Below, piece after piece: positions 10,189 to 22,518 of a stretch of DNA of 64,000 nt; the stretch's first letter is position 1; each line of letters begins with the position of its first letter. The stretch is from the NCBI GenBank assembly GCA_002687175.1, contig NYZP01000001.1, forward strand, positions 78,236-142,235. Reading direction: 5' to 3'. This DNA comes from Parcubacteria group bacterium (GTDB lineage Bacteria; Patescibacteriota; Patescibacteriia; Buchananbacterales; UBA6539). Position numbers and translations under genes: made by a program. The notes under the pieces were generated by a model that saw only the letters and a list, made by a program, of their open reading frames with translations, was not told the DNA's origin and did not search any database.

Positions 10189-10647
10189 TTAAAGACTGAC
10201 TATCTCTAGCTCAAATGACTCAATCACTTCCGAACCAAAAGTACCATAATCAAACTGTAAGTCAAACGTTCCAACTTTCTCAATTTTTAACCACCATTCA
10301 TCAGTAAATTGACCATCTAGAATTGTAGGGTCAGCGATACCAATTAATTGATGATCGGTAAGCATAATGTACCCACCAGTAGTTGGGCTTATCACTGACC
10401 ATTGATTACCACTATCAGCTTCACCACTTAGCTTAAGATAGATAACATCACCTGGCGTGGTCGTGGCAGTTTGGCCATTCAACTCGGTAACGTCGATCAC
10501 CAGTCCAGTTTCTGGAACACCAGCCGTATTAAATTCATCAACATCAACTGGTTGTTCCTTCTTACCACAAGCCGATAAAAAAATTGCCAGCCCAAAAACA
10601 ACAAGTAAAAGTAAAATTTTTCTGTTCATATTATTTAAAAAATTCAT
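10189..10647 (-). CDS. lipoprotein with probable chagasin/I42 protease-inhibitor-like domain
   Basis: Lipobox LSAC; PGDVIYLKLSGEADSGNQW...GTFDLQFDY pattern resembles the I42 fold. Confidence 0.55.
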   Translation of the reverse strand: MNFLNNMNRKILLLLVVFGLAIFLSACGKKEQPVDVDEFNTAGVPETGLVIDVTELNGQTATTTPGDVIYLKLSGEADSGNQWSVISPTTGGYIMLTDHQLIGIADPTILDGQFTDEWWLKIEKVGTFDLQFDYGTFGSEVIESFELEIVSL

Positions 10648-10648
10648 A

Positions 10649-11455
10649 TTAACTAATTTCCTTGACGCTTACTTCAAGCCGATTGCGACCTTGCCCCTCC
10701 AGTTCAATATCAACCGTTTGTTTTAAAGTGTGCCAGCCTATTACTTTTCCAGAGCCTTTTTGAGTTTTAACCGCCGAGCCGATAGCTGGAAAAATCTTAG
10801 ACAATTCTTCATAGTTCTCATCCTCATACCTCATGCAGCATTTAAGCCGGCCACACTGGCCGGACAGACGATCAGAACCACGGTGAGATACTTGTTGTCG
10901 ATCAGTCATGTCAGAAGTCACCCCACCTAATTTTTTAAGACTAGTTTGGCAACATAAAGTTTTACCACATGAGCCAAGGTCACCAGAAATTTTTGCCTCA
11001 TCACGTACACCAATTTGCTGTAACCGAACAGACTGTTTATAATGATTGGTTAAATCCTTAACCAAAATTCGAAAGTCAACTCGACCATCAGTGACAAAAG
11101 GAAAGATTAACCGACTTTTATCTAAAGAAAAATGGGCATCAATAACTTTCATCGGTAAATCATGACGGACAACTATTTTTTTACAATATGCTAAAACTGA
11201 GTCTTTATCCTTATTCAGCCCTAAAAAAATTTCCAGATCATTGGTGTTGGCTTTACGGACTGATGACGAGGATTCAATTTCGCCTTTATTTGATAATTCT
11301 TCGGTAGTGACTTTTTGCAAACCAACAACCGTAGCCATATCAGAACCGAATTCATTCTTCACCACTACTTTCTCGCCCAACTGTAATTCAAAATCTTCAA
11401 CCTGATGGTCTATAACTTTATCCCATTCGGCGATTTTAGTTTGAACAATTAGCAT
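10649..11455 (-). CDS. RicT/YaaT (PSP1 domain) protein
   Basis: GRVDFRILVKDL, QIGVRDEA, GSCGKTLCC and SGQCGRLKCCMRYE motifs. Confidence 0.92.
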   Translation of the reverse strand: MLIVQTKIAEWDKVIDHQVEDFELQLGEKVVVKNEFGSDMATVVGLQKVTTEELSNKGEIESSSSVRKANTNDLEIFLGLNKDKDSVLAYCKKIVVRHDLPMKVIDAHFSLDKSRLIFPFVTDGRVDFRILVKDLTNHYKQSVRLQQIGVRDEAKISGDLGSCGKTLCCQTSLKKLGGVTSDMTDRQQVSHRGSDRLSGQCGRLKCCMRYEDENYEELSKIFPAIGSAVKTQKGSGKVIGWHTLKQTVDIELEGQGRNRLEVSVKEIS

Positions 11456-11490
11456 ACATTTAATTGCCTGGCTAGAACTATTTTTTAACC

Positions 11491-12273
11491 TTAAATCTGG
11501 TATCGAGAAAATTTGACCACTTCAATATTATCCCCACTCTCATTGATAATATCTTGTACCTTTTTTTTATCATCTTTGATAAAAGTTTGATTAAGCAAAC
11601 AAACTTCTTGATAGAATTTTGACAGTTTACCCGGGATAATTTTCTCCCACATTTCTGCGGGCTTACCTTCACTCTTTAATTGCTCCCGGTAAATATCTTT
11701 TTCTTTATCAATTTCATCCGCTGGAATGTCCTCGGGTTTAATGTATCTAGGCGACATGGCGGTAATTTGCATTGCCAAATCATTAGCTAGTTCTTGGCTA
11801 CCACTGGATAAAGCAATCACCGCGGCAACTTTTTTATTAGAGTGAATATATGTTCCAATCACTTCACCCTCAACAATTTCCGCCACTCTTAAAACAAGAT
11901 TCTCACCAATTTTTACGGTTAGCTCATCTTTGATTTTAGCTTCGGCTGATTTTTTAAAATCATCAACTGTTGATTCTAATAACTCTTTAGAAAATTCATT
12001 AACTGTCTTAATAAACTCCTCGTCCCTGGCGGCGAAATCGGTTTCACTGGCCAAAGCAACAGTAGCCACTTTATGATCAGCTAATGATTGAGCAATCACG
12101 CCTTCATTAGTGTCTCGGTCAGATTTTTTATTTGCTTTAATCGCTCCTCGTTTTCGTAAAATAGCAACGGCCTGATCAATATCATTATCGGCTTCTTCAA
12201 GCGCTTCCTTGCAATCGGCAATACCAGCACCAGTGACGTTTCTAAGTTGTGTAAGTAATTTTGTATCAATCAT
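11491..12273 (-). CDS. tsf: elongation factor Ts
   Basis: LRNVTGAGIADCKEAL and SETDFAA motifs; follows rpsB. Confidence 0.97.
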   Translation of the reverse strand: MIDTKLLTQLRNVTGAGIADCKEALEEADNDIDQAVAILRKRGAIKANKKSDRDTNEGVIAQSLADHKVATVALASETDFAARDEEFIKTVNEFSKELLESTVDDFKKSAEAKIKDELTVKIGENLVLRVAEIVEGEVIGTYIHSNKKVAAVIALSSGSQELANDLAMQITAMSPRYIKPEDIPADEIDKEKDIYREQLKSEGKPAEMWEKIIPGKLSKFYQEVCLLNQTFIKDDKKKVQDIINESGDNIEVVKFSRYQI

Positions 12274-12275
12274 AT

Positions 12276-13169
12276 TTATTTTTTTTCTTCCTTTTTAGCT
12301 GTTGTTTCTTTTTCTGCTTTCTCTGTCTGTTTATTCTTTTCAGCCTGCTCGGCCTTGGCTTCTTTCTCTGCTTTTGCATCTTTCTCTGCCTTTGCATCTT
12401 TCTCTGCCTTTTCAGCCTGCTCGGCCTTGGCTTTCTTTTCCTCTTTTTCTGCGGCAATAGCTTCAATCTCTTGAATTTTTCCCTTTTCACTTAAGCCTTC
12501 ACTAACCGCTTCGGCAATTAAGCTGGTGATTAAGTCAATTGATTTAACTGCATCATCGTTTGCCGGAATAACGTAATTAACTTTTTCCGGATTAACATTA
12601 GTGTCACACATCGCAATCACTGGAATATTTTTCTTAACCGCTTCAGCTACTGCTGTTTTTTCTTTTTTAATATCACAAACAAAAACGGCATCAGGTACCT
12701 TACTCATTTCCTCAATACCACCAACCATCTTATTTAATTTATCAATTTCGCGATCAAATTCTAATTTTTCCTTTTTAGTATATTTATCCAGTTCACCGGA
12801 AGCTCTTTTCTTTTTCAAATCGGTAAATCTTTTAATCACTCGTGAAATCTCCAAGTAATTAGTAAAGGTGCCACCTAACCAACGTTCAATAATATACGGC
12901 ATCTCTACTTCTTGGGCGTACTTTGTAATAATTGGTTGAGCTTGTTTTTTTGTGCCCAAAAATAAAATAGTGCCACCATTGGCAACTATTTTTTTTACAA
13001 AATCCAAAGCTTCTTTAAGCTTTTCTTGAGTAACTTCTAGATTAATGATATGAAACCCACTTTTAGAGGTAAAAATATAGGGTATCATTCTAGGGTGACG
13101 CTTAGCATGTTGATGGCCAAAATGGACACCAGATTTAAGCATCGTTAAAAGTTCTGGAATTTTTGTCAT
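12276..13169 (-). CDS. rpsB: 30S ribosomal protein S2 with repetitive Ala/Lys/Glu C-terminal tail
   Basis: GVHFGH, RWLGGTFTN and PANDDA motifs. Confidence 0.98.
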   Translation of the reverse strand: MTKIPELLTMLKSGVHFGHQHAKRHPRMIPYIFTSKSGFHIINLEVTQEKLKEALDFVKKIVANGGTILFLGTKKQAQPIITKYAQEVEMPYIIERWLGGTFTNYLEISRVIKRFTDLKKKRASGELDKYTKKEKLEFDREIDKLNKMVGGIEEMSKVPDAVFVCDIKKEKTAVAEAVKKNIPVIAMCDTNVNPEKVNYVIPANDDAVKSIDLITSLIAEAVSEGLSEKGKIQEIEAIAAEKEEKKAKAEQAEKAEKDAKAEKDAKAEKEAKAEQAEKNKQTEKAEKETTAKKEEKK

Positions 13170-13435
13170 AAATTGTTTCCTTTTATATCACGTCCTGAAA
13201 AAATTAATTTTTAGGCCGGATCCTCTACTACTTTATAGTTATGACTCACTTTATTAAGCAAGCAGGATATAACTAAATGTGTGATTAAGTAGTATGTGTG
13301 ATTAATTAGTCCCTTTAATATAGACGATTAGCTATAAAATGTCAAGTATTTGATAAAATTAATTAAAGACAAAATTAAAGGGCGAGAACATTGTGTTCTC
13401 GCCCCTACTGCTTTCGAGCTTTCCCGAGATTGCTC

Positions 13436-14428
13436 TCAGGTCAAGCTACGCTTTTGGTGGTTAGTCTTTCGGTTTGTCGCGGCCGGCGGTGGCGCGACGG
13501 CCTGCTCGCTTGCCTCCATCTTCTGACCGAGGAATAACTTCCTCCTCGCAGGCGATGACCGGCGCGGATTCATCGCCTTCGGCCGGGGTTCTTCGTTGGC
13601 GGACTCGAGGCGGGCTTTGATCTCCCGCAACTGGTCAGTCATCTGTCCTTCAACCACCTCGGCTTCCGGTTGCAGACTTCCAACAATCGAACCGTCGGGC
13701 ATTGTCTTCCGAACATTGAAGCTACCATCGGCCAGAATATCGATCGTCGCCTGGAGGATCTTTTCCGTCGGCTCCCGAATGATCAGCGCCGTCGACAACT
13801 TGTGCTGCGGTCCGCTGATGACCACAAACGTGGTGACACCACGACGATAGTCATGCTCGAAACGAACGCGTCCGTCAGACTTGCTTCTCTTGGCCTGCGG
13901 AAAAAACTCGACGCTTCCCTTAGTGACAGTTGCTTCGGGCCAGGTCCAAGTGTACAAATTGAGCGAGATGTCCTTCTGCTCTTTGGACGGATTGCTCAAC
14001 ACCACCTCGGTATCGGTGCCAATCCCGACAATCTGCACTTTGGCCCTTCCGAGAAAAGCTGCAGCCATATATTTCTTACTAGCCGTAACTTTTTCCTCGC
14101 AGCCTTTAATGACATCGTCTAAGAGCTTTGGGTCACCGTTGTCGTCCTCATCCAACTGCTGGTACGCCTTACGGTAAGTTTCAAGGTTAGCCCGGGCGTC
14201 GTTCAGCGCGTTAAAGGCATCAATGACCGTCGTACGACAGTCTTTGACCGGCATTGCCCCCAGCGTATTAACGACCAGACATGCTTGTTCACTTTCCGTG
14301 CCGACCGACAGATCTTCTAGATCTGTTAGCGGCGTTGCCACCTTGACCGAATTCAAGGTTTCAAAAACCCTTTTTGGCGGACCTGATGGTTTCTGGCTGC
14401 GGTTTCTTTCGCCACGCTGTGAAGACAT
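13436..14428 (-). CDS. hypothetical protein (higher-GC accessory gene)
   Basis: Long ORF; GGAGGAGG SD before ATG at 14428; hairpin GGCGAGAACA..TGTTCTCGCC at about 13381-13403 downstream. Confidence 0.7.
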   Translation of the reverse strand: MSSQRGERNRSQKPSGPPKRVFETLNSVKVATPLTDLEDLSVGTESEQACLVVNTLGAMPVKDCRTTVIDAFNALNDARANLETYRKAYQQLDEDDNGDPKLLDDVIKGCEEKVTASKKYMAAAFLGRAKVQIVGIGTDTEVVLSNPSKEQKDISLNLYTWTWPEATVTKGSVEFFPQAKRSKSDGRVRFEHDYRRGVTTFVVISGPQHKLSTALIIREPTEKILQATIDILADGSFNVRKTMPDGSIVGSLQPEAEVVEGQMTDQLREIKARLESANEEPRPKAMNPRRSSPARRKLFLGQKMEASEQAVAPPPAATNRKTNHQKRSLT

Positions 14429-14695
14429 AATGCCTCCTCCTTTTTTGACCCACATTAGGGTCTGTCTAAGAACATTCTATCCCGGCACACAAGCGGCCAA
14501 AATAGGTTAACAAAGTAACAATATATCATAGCATATCTTTACAAATATGTCAATAGCAAACAAAATTAAACCTTTAGACTAATACTTAATTGACATTATC
14601 TAATTAAAGCTATAAAATACTCTTAGTTTTTAACAAAAAACAACTTGTCGCCCTTTTGATTAATAGGATCATTTGATCTTTGGAGGATAGAACCA

Positions 14696-15007
14696 ATGTG
14701 TCAGAATCATACAGATTCCGCCGGCCAATCAGTCATCATTGATCTGCCTGGCCGAATTACCAAAAATAGATGTACTAAATGTGAAAAGGATTTAAGCTAT
14801 CTCTTTGCTGACATCAGAAATCGTTCAATTGACCCACCAGAACATTGCCCAGCATGCGGATCTCCTTTAGCGGGAAGGATTACCGAAATTGTCTGGCGTT
14901 GTGGTCATTGTGATGAAAGAATTGTTGACCCCGTCAAACAAAAATCCTGCACCAAGTGTGGCAAAAATCTTAATTTTTCTCCCCCGGAAAACACCCCAGA
15001 GGAGTGA
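14696..15007 (+). CDS. zinc-ribbon protein (four CxxC pairs)
   Basis: CTKC, CPAC, CGHC and CTKC motifs; GGAGG SD; terminator downstream. Confidence 0.7.
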   Translation: MCQNHTDSAGQSVIIDLPGRITKNRCTKCEKDLSYLFADIRNRSIDPPEHCPACGSPLAGRITEIVWRCGHCDERIVDPVKQKSCTKCGKNLNFSPPENTPEE

Positions 15008-15073
15008 TCCTATAAATTCGAAAAAAGCAAAGAGGCTTATTACTCGGTACAAGCCTCTTTTTCTTTTAAAAAA

Positions 15074-15940
15074 TTATTCAACGCGCATATAAGAAGTAAT
15101 ATCTAAGATATCAACTTCCGGCAATACCTGTATTTCATTAATTGTCGGCAATGATTCATACCAACGCATTTCAACTGTTCTGGTCTCGCCCGATAAAAAT
15201 TGATCCAAGGTGGTATAATTAGCAGCCACTATTTTTTGACCGCTTAGCAAAACAATATAAATTCCGGTTTGCCAATAACTAAAGCCGCTCTTGTTTGACA
15301 CCTCAAAATTTAAAGTGCTAATTGGTAATTCACCTTTAATACCGGATTCACGAGCTGCTTTGAAATCAGTTTCACCAACCACAAATCTTAATCTTGGTTC
15401 AGCAAATTCGTTAAAACCAAGATAGCGCCGCCATTTAACATCAGCTATCCTTAAAACCGGATTTCCTGACAACACTTCTTGACCAAAGATGGCCACAAAT
15501 TTTGTTTCGTTTGGATAAACGAAACTTCTTTTTTCCGCGATAACCTTACCGCCGGATATTAATTGAAACAATACGTCAGTCGCCACCCATTTTTCATTAC
15601 TATTTTGCACTTGAGCTATAAAATCAAAACGCTTTTCACGACCATCAACCGCATCAAAACTGACAATCTTTAACTCTCTTGGTTTATTGACCTCATGAAA
15701 ATACTCATAATTAATAGCGTCCGTAGTTAAAAGTGATAATGTTTGTTCTAACTCTTTATCTTCCACAAATAAAATAATTGAAGCCCGAAATATACTAAAA
15801 CCAAACAAAGCCACAATTAAAGCAACCAGCAGAGCTACTAATAGCCTTCGTAATTGTAATTTATGAGTTACGTACCAATAGCTAATTTTAAGCTGAAAGT
15901 TACTAACTTTATTTGGTTGATTAAGATTTTCCGTTGTCAT
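15074..15940 (-). CDS. membrane-anchored hypothetical protein
   Basis: One N-terminal TM followed by beta-rich domains. Confidence 0.75.
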   Translation of the reverse strand: MTTENLNQPNKVSNFQLKISYWYVTHKLQLRRLLVALLVALIVALFGFSIFRASIILFVEDKELEQTLSLLTTDAINYEYFHEVNKPRELKIVSFDAVDGREKRFDFIAQVQNSNEKWVATDVLFQLISGGKVIAEKRSFVYPNETKFVAIFGQEVLSGNPVLRIADVKWRRYLGFNEFAEPRLRFVVGETDFKAARESGIKGELPISTLNFEVSNKSGFSYWQTGIYIVLLSGQKIVAANYTTLDQFLSGETRTVEMRWYESLPTINEIQVLPEVDILDITSYMRVE

Positions 15941-16040
15941 AGTAAAATAGAAAAAAATAACAAATATATTATACCATAATTAGGCAAAATTATGAACACA
16001 ATACTATCTTATTTAGCCATAAAGAAATACTGAATCAGAC

Positions 16041-16068
16041 TTGAAAAAATGCACAGATTTGCTATAAT
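16041..16068 (+). promoter_or_regulatory. sigma70-type promoter of gyrB
   Basis: TTGAAA-16-TATAAT with extended -10 TG. Confidence 0.6.
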
Positions 16069-16192
16069 ATACATATAGAATAATGGCTAAATATACGATC
16101 AATATTTTAGACTAATTATAGGCTAAGCTCGCCTTTGGCAAGAAATACCTATAATTTTATTGGTTCCAAATTAGCTTTATTACTTACATTAA

Positions 16193-18292
<2,100 letters not shown>

Positions 18293-18416
18293 ATTAAAGA
18301 GTTTATTTTTGCCTCTAAAAATTCGACATAGAATGTTTTGATGCACTCAGAGTACCTTAGGCCTCTCAGCTCTAAAAATGACTTTAGGTCATCCCGAGCA
18401 CAGCGAAGGGCGGGTA

Positions 18417-18536
18417 AGGTACTTTTTTAGAAAAAGTACCCAAAAAGCCTGGGGCCTTTATTCGCTAAACTCGTTGATTTAGTCGCAGAGTCCTCGCCTC
18501 GGGCTCAGGACGGCCCCAGACCCCACCCACAAGAAC
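18417..18536 (-). repeat. dispersed structured MITE-like repeat, copy 2 (inverted)
   Basis: Reverse complement of 10001-10123 with scattered substitutions. Confidence 0.85.
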
Positions 18537-18594
18537 AACTCAGTGGCATTAATTCTATAGAAATAAAATCATTAAAGTAAATATAACAAAGGAA

Positions 18595-18722
18595 TAGGGG
18601 GTTTGGGGACGGCGCCTTAGCGCCATTTTAGATACGGCAGAGAGTTAATCAACGTGATAGCGATTCGCCGTCCCCAAAACTTTTGGATACTTTTGGTTAC
18701 AAAAGTATCCCGCCTCTGGCGG
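18595..18722 (+). repeat. divergent member of the same structured repeat class
   Basis: Long stem GGGGTTTGGGGACGGCG...CGCCGTCCCCAAA, then a GGATACTTTTG-GTTA-CAAAAGTATCC hairpin and CCGCCTCTGGCGG. Confidence 0.65.
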
Positions 18723-18881
18723 AACAACAGCACAGAGGCAGAAGATAGACAATAAAAATTCCTTTGGCGAATACGGTTTTTATTTAGTAAGAAAACGTTA
18801 CTGTTACCGTCGTATATTTAAAATAAACTAATTTTGTGATAGAATTAAATACGTTATTTAACTTAAAAAATAATTAAAAAT

Positions 18882-20723
18882 ATGAAAAAACCATTCACAA
18901 ATTTTATTAAATTAAATAGCAAGTTTGTTGTAGTTATAATGTTACTAACGGCTTTTAGTACATCATCGGTCGGTGCCGAAACTTTGGTTACTGATGAAGA
19001 ATTAGCCACCGATACCGTTGATCAAAGTGGTGACATTGGTTCAACTGATACTTTAGAATTTACCCTAGAAGCTCGTTGGGGTTTTGTTCAGGGCAATTCC
19101 GAAGATGATAAAACTGAAAAAGATTATAGTGGCTACATCAAAACTAATAATACCGCCGTGGCTAAAATTCGTTTAAATAACACTGCCTTATTTGAAAATA
19201 ATGATTCAATTCAATCAAAAGAAAATCCTGTTTCTTGGAGCTCCACAATTTTTGGTCACTGGGACGGAGTATCGGTAAATGTGAGAGCTAAGGCTGATGC
19301 CAATATAACGGTTAAAATTCCTCGAGGTGACATCACTAAAACTGCGCGGGAATGGTACCGCTTAACGGAAAAAGAAATTTTAAAAATTGGCGGAGACCAA
19401 ATGTTGGTTGTTAAGTCACATCCGAAAAAAAGGAGAAGACATGCTGTATTTATCTGGTGGGGTCGTACAAAAAATATAACTGGTGAAGATCTAAATAGTT
19501 GCGAGGATCATACTTACAGCAGTTGTCCCCTACAATGTGGCCGAATATGTTTACAAAGTTGTAACGAAGACAGCACAATCTGTACTGCTGACTGTGAAGG
19601 TGCCGGTAGTTGTTTCCGACCTAATACCGATGGCGTAAATTTTTCAGGAACTTTGAAGACTGATTCTGACATCAATATAAAATTGAAAAAGACCATGCGT
19701 TTCGAGGATAATGATGAGATTGTATCCCATGATCGTAACCAAATTAGCTGGACATCTCAGATCACTACTGGTCGTGATGGTCTCTATACCTTAATGCTGC
19801 CTCATTCAAATGTTGCCCTTAACTCCAATTTTTCAGTTAACTTTACCAACATTTTTGAAGATGATAACTGGTTCAAAAGATTTACCTTGGCCGATGTTAA
19901 GAATGGTGTCAGAGAAACAATTAAGGTTAATGACGTTGACTACGTCTTGGTGATTGGCTACAAAACAATTGCCAATAAATTAGTCCGCTCTAAAAGAAGC
20001 GGTGAACACTTTTTAATTAAAAATAATATTAGGCATTCTGCAGACGATACAGATATTTTAACTGCCAATGGCTACGCTGAAGAAGAAGCCGAAGTTATTG
20101 ATGATGATGAACTTGAAAGTTACGAACTGGGTGATGATCTAAGTTATCCTGATGGCACTGTTGTTGAAGCGGGAAATAAAACTTATGTCATCTCAAATGG
20201 CGTAAAACGGTTATTAGCTAATAACCGTGCCAAAGATGGTATTCCTTGGGCCAGACAAATTACTAAGCAACTAAAGCTCGGCAAGCTAGAAGCGATTACT
20301 TCCGGCCCAGCCGTTGAATCAGAAGATGAAATTACTGATAACACTTTAGTAAAAGTTGATGGTGACTCGGCTGTTTGGCGAATCCGTGGTGGCAAAAGAC
20401 AAGTTTTTAACCACGTCAGAATCTTTAATCTTCATCGATTAGATATCGCCAAAGTTAAAACAATCACTCCAGAGAAACTTCAAAAATTCACCTGGTCTCC
20501 ACCAGTGGAATTCCCTGATGGTTCGCTGGTTAAAATTCCCACTGATCCTAAAGTCTATTTATTAAAAAATGGTATTAGACACTGGATTGAAACCGAAGGT
20601 GATTTAAAAGGCTTGGGACACAAATTTTCTGATATCGTTGACATGTCGCCAACCGAAATAGTCAACTATCCAGCCGGTGATCCAGTGATATCCGATGAAG
20701 TTACCGTGGTAACAGAATTTTAA
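18882..20723 (+). CDS. secreted/surface protein with tandem domains, a Cys-rich insert and C-terminal (P)DGxLVK..VY repeats
   Basis: Signal peptide, two homologous N-terminal domains, and repeated DGTVVE/DNTLVK/DGSLVK modules. Confidence 0.8.
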   Translation: MKKPFTNFIKLNSKFVVVIMLLTAFSTSSVGAETLVTDEELATDTVDQSGDIGSTDTLEFTLEARWGFVQGNSEDDKTEKDYSGYIKTNNTAVAKIRLNNTALFENNDSIQSKENPVSWSSTIFGHWDGVSVNVRAKADANITVKIPRGDITKTAREWYRLTEKEILKIGGDQMLVVKSHPKKRRRHAVFIWWGRTKNITGEDLNSCEDHTYSSCPLQCGRICLQSCNEDSTICTADCEGAGSCFRPNTDGVNFSGTLKTDSDINIKLKKTMRFEDNDEIVSHDRNQISWTSQITTGRDGLYTLMLPHSNVALNSNFSVNFTNIFEDDNWFKRFTLADVKNGVRETIKVNDVDYVLVIGYKTIANKLVRSKRSGEHFLIKNNIRHSADDTDILTANGYAEEEAEVIDDDELESYELGDDLSYPDGTVVEAGNKTYVISNGVKRLLANNRAKDGIPWARQITKQLKLGKLEAITSGPAVESEDEITDNTLVKVDGDSAVWRIRGGKRQVFNHVRIFNLHRLDIAKVKTITPEKLQKFTWSPPVEFPDGSLVKIPTDPKVYLLKNGIRHWIETEGDLKGLGHKFSDIVDMSPTEIVNYPAGDPVISDEVTVVTEF

Positions 20724-20797
20724 TTTAACAAAAGAAAAAAGGTCCGGACAAAACGGGCCTTTTGGTTTGACTAAAGATCTGATAAAACCAAACTGAG

Positions 20798-21070
20798 TTA
20801 AGATGTATCGAGAGCTTCGACAAAAGCGTCGGCCTCAGTTCTGGTGATTGTTGGTACAGTAGGTATAGCTTCGATATCTACTGCATAATCTCCGACGCAT
20901 TCTTCGAAAGGACTGCGACCATTAATGATGGTTTGGTACCACTGATGGCCACGTGGTTCACAAGAGACTTTGACAACAATAAAGTTGGTATATATTGGCC
21001 ACTCAAGACGTGAATAGCCATGTCCTGAACATTCAGGACACTGAAACTTCAGACATAGCCTTTCCATCAT
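20798..21070 (-). CDS. small hypothetical protein with CxxC
   Basis: AGGGG SD before ATG at 21070; CPEC motif. Confidence 0.5.
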   Translation of the reverse strand: MMERLCLKFQCPECSGHGYSRLEWPIYTNFIVVKVSCEPRGHQWYQTIINGRSPFEECVGDYAVDIEAIPTVPTITRTEADAFVEALDTS

Positions 21071-21258
21071 TAATCCCCTTTGTTGAGGGCTAAGTAAACC
21101 AAAACTAATTAACATAACTCTATCATTCTTGATCAGTAAATACAATGATCATCTCTCCTTGACTTTATAATAGACCTATGGTAATATATATTCATAAATT
21201 AAACGAGCCCGGAAAGGGCTTTTTAAATTACTTTATTTAAAGTAAATTCACCTCAAAT

Positions 21259-21447
21259 ATGAATATTTTAAGCCATTTATTTAACTACATTAAAGCCTCT
21301 CAACAAGAATTGAAGAAAGTTGTTTGGCCAACAAAAAAAGAAGTTATCCACCACACTGTTTTAGTAATAGTAATCAGTTTGGGTGTGGCTGCTTTTTTAG
21401 GTCTAGCCGACTATTTCCTAACAATTATTGTCGGGACTATTTTGTAA
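21259..21447 (+). CDS. secE: preprotein translocase subunit SecE
   Basis: ELKKVVWPTKKE plus TM; upstream of nusG. Confidence 0.95.
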   Translation: MNILSHLFNYIKASQQELKKVVWPTKKEVIHHTVLVIVISLGVAAFLGLADYFLTIIVGTIL

Positions 21448-21451
21448 CAAT

Positions 21452-21997
21452 ATGCCAAAACAGACATTACAACAGGGCCGACGTTGGTATGTTATCCATA
21501 CCTACTCCGGCTATGAAGAAAACGTTAAAAGAAATTTAGCTCAAAGAATTGAATCCATGGACATGGAAGGCAAAATTTTTAGCATTTTGATTCCAACTGA
21601 AAAAAAAATTAAGATTAAAAACGGTAAACGTAAAGTAGTTACCGAGAAAATCTTCCCTGGTTATGTATTGGTAGAAATGGTGGTTGATGATAATTCCTGG
21701 TATGTTGTTCGAAACACACCAAATGTTACTGGATTCATTGGTTCAGGCACTACCCCAACACCAATTTCTGACACTGAAATTAAAAGTCTTCAAAAACGAA
21801 TGGGTGTTGAAGAACCTACCTTTAAAATTGACGTTACCGTTGGTACCGCTGTTAAAATTGTCGATGGACCATTTAAGGGCTACGAAGGTAAAGTTGATAA
21901 AATTGACGAGGATCGAGGCAAAATTAAAGTTCTGGTTAATATATTTGGCCGGGAAACTCCGGTGGAACTTGACTTTTTACAAGTTAAGAAACTATAA
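21452..21997 (+). CDS. nusG: transcription factor NusG
   Basis: WYVIHTYSGYE, FPGYVLVEM and FGRETPVEL motifs; ATG at 21452. Confidence 0.98.
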   Translation: MPKQTLQQGRRWYVIHTYSGYEENVKRNLAQRIESMDMEGKIFSILIPTEKKIKIKNGKRKVVTEKIFPGYVLVEMVVDDNSWYVVRNTPNVTGFIGSGTTPTPISDTEIKSLQKRMGVEEPTFKIDVTVGTAVKIVDGPFKGYEGKVDKIDEDRGKIKVLVNIFGRETPVELDFLQVKKL

Positions 21998-22021
21998 TAC
22001 TATTCTAATAGATAAACTACT

Positions 22022-22447
22022 ATGGCAAAAAAAGTTAAAACAGTTATAAAGTTACAAATTCCTGGCGGTCAAGCAAACCCCGCTCCACCAGTTGGCCCAG
22101 CTTTGGGACAGCATGGTTTGAATATTTCTGAATTTTGTCAAAAATTTAATGAGGCAACTAAAGACAAACAAGGTGAACTAACACCGATAGAAATTACTGT
22201 TTACGAAGATCGAACATATACTTTTATTACCAAGGCTCCCCCAGCAGCTGAACTTCTTAAAAAAGCTGCCAACATTAAAAAAGGGTCAGGAGAATCTTTA
22301 AAGAAAAAATCCGGAAAAGTGACCAAAGCACAAATTCAAGAAATTGCTGAAAAGAAAATGCCGGATCTAAATGCTAAAGACATTGAAGGTGCTATGAGAA
22401 TTATTGAAGGCACTGCCAGACAAATGGGGCTGGAAGTAAAAAATTAA
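22022..22447 (+). CDS. rplK: 50S ribosomal protein L11
   Basis: [15 protein letters not shown] motif. Confidence 0.99.
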   Translation: MAKKVKTVIKLQIPGGQANPAPPVGPALGQHGLNISEFCQKFNEATKDKQGELTPIEITVYEDRTYTFITKAPPAAELLKKAANIKKGSGESLKKKSGKVTKAQIQEIAEKKMPDLNAKDIEGAMRIIEGTARQMGLEVKN

Positions 22448-22455
22448 TTAATAAA

Positions 22456-22510
22456 TTTGCAGGACCCCGTCCTGAAATCGTTTCAGGATCCCGGGGGTTT
22501 GTACTGCGAA
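22456..22510 (+). promoter_or_regulatory. putative L1-binding leader hairpin with an inserted palindromic repeat
   Basis: TTTGCAGGA...ACTGCGAA stem directly before rplA; apex contains GTCCTGAAATCGTTTCAGGATC. Confidence 0.5.
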
Positions 22511-22518
22511 AGGAAATT

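Noticed and set aside
21200-21225. tRNA upstream of secE
   Set aside because: Only a short GAGCCC-GGAAA-GGGCTT hairpin; no cloverleaf or TTCGA loop.
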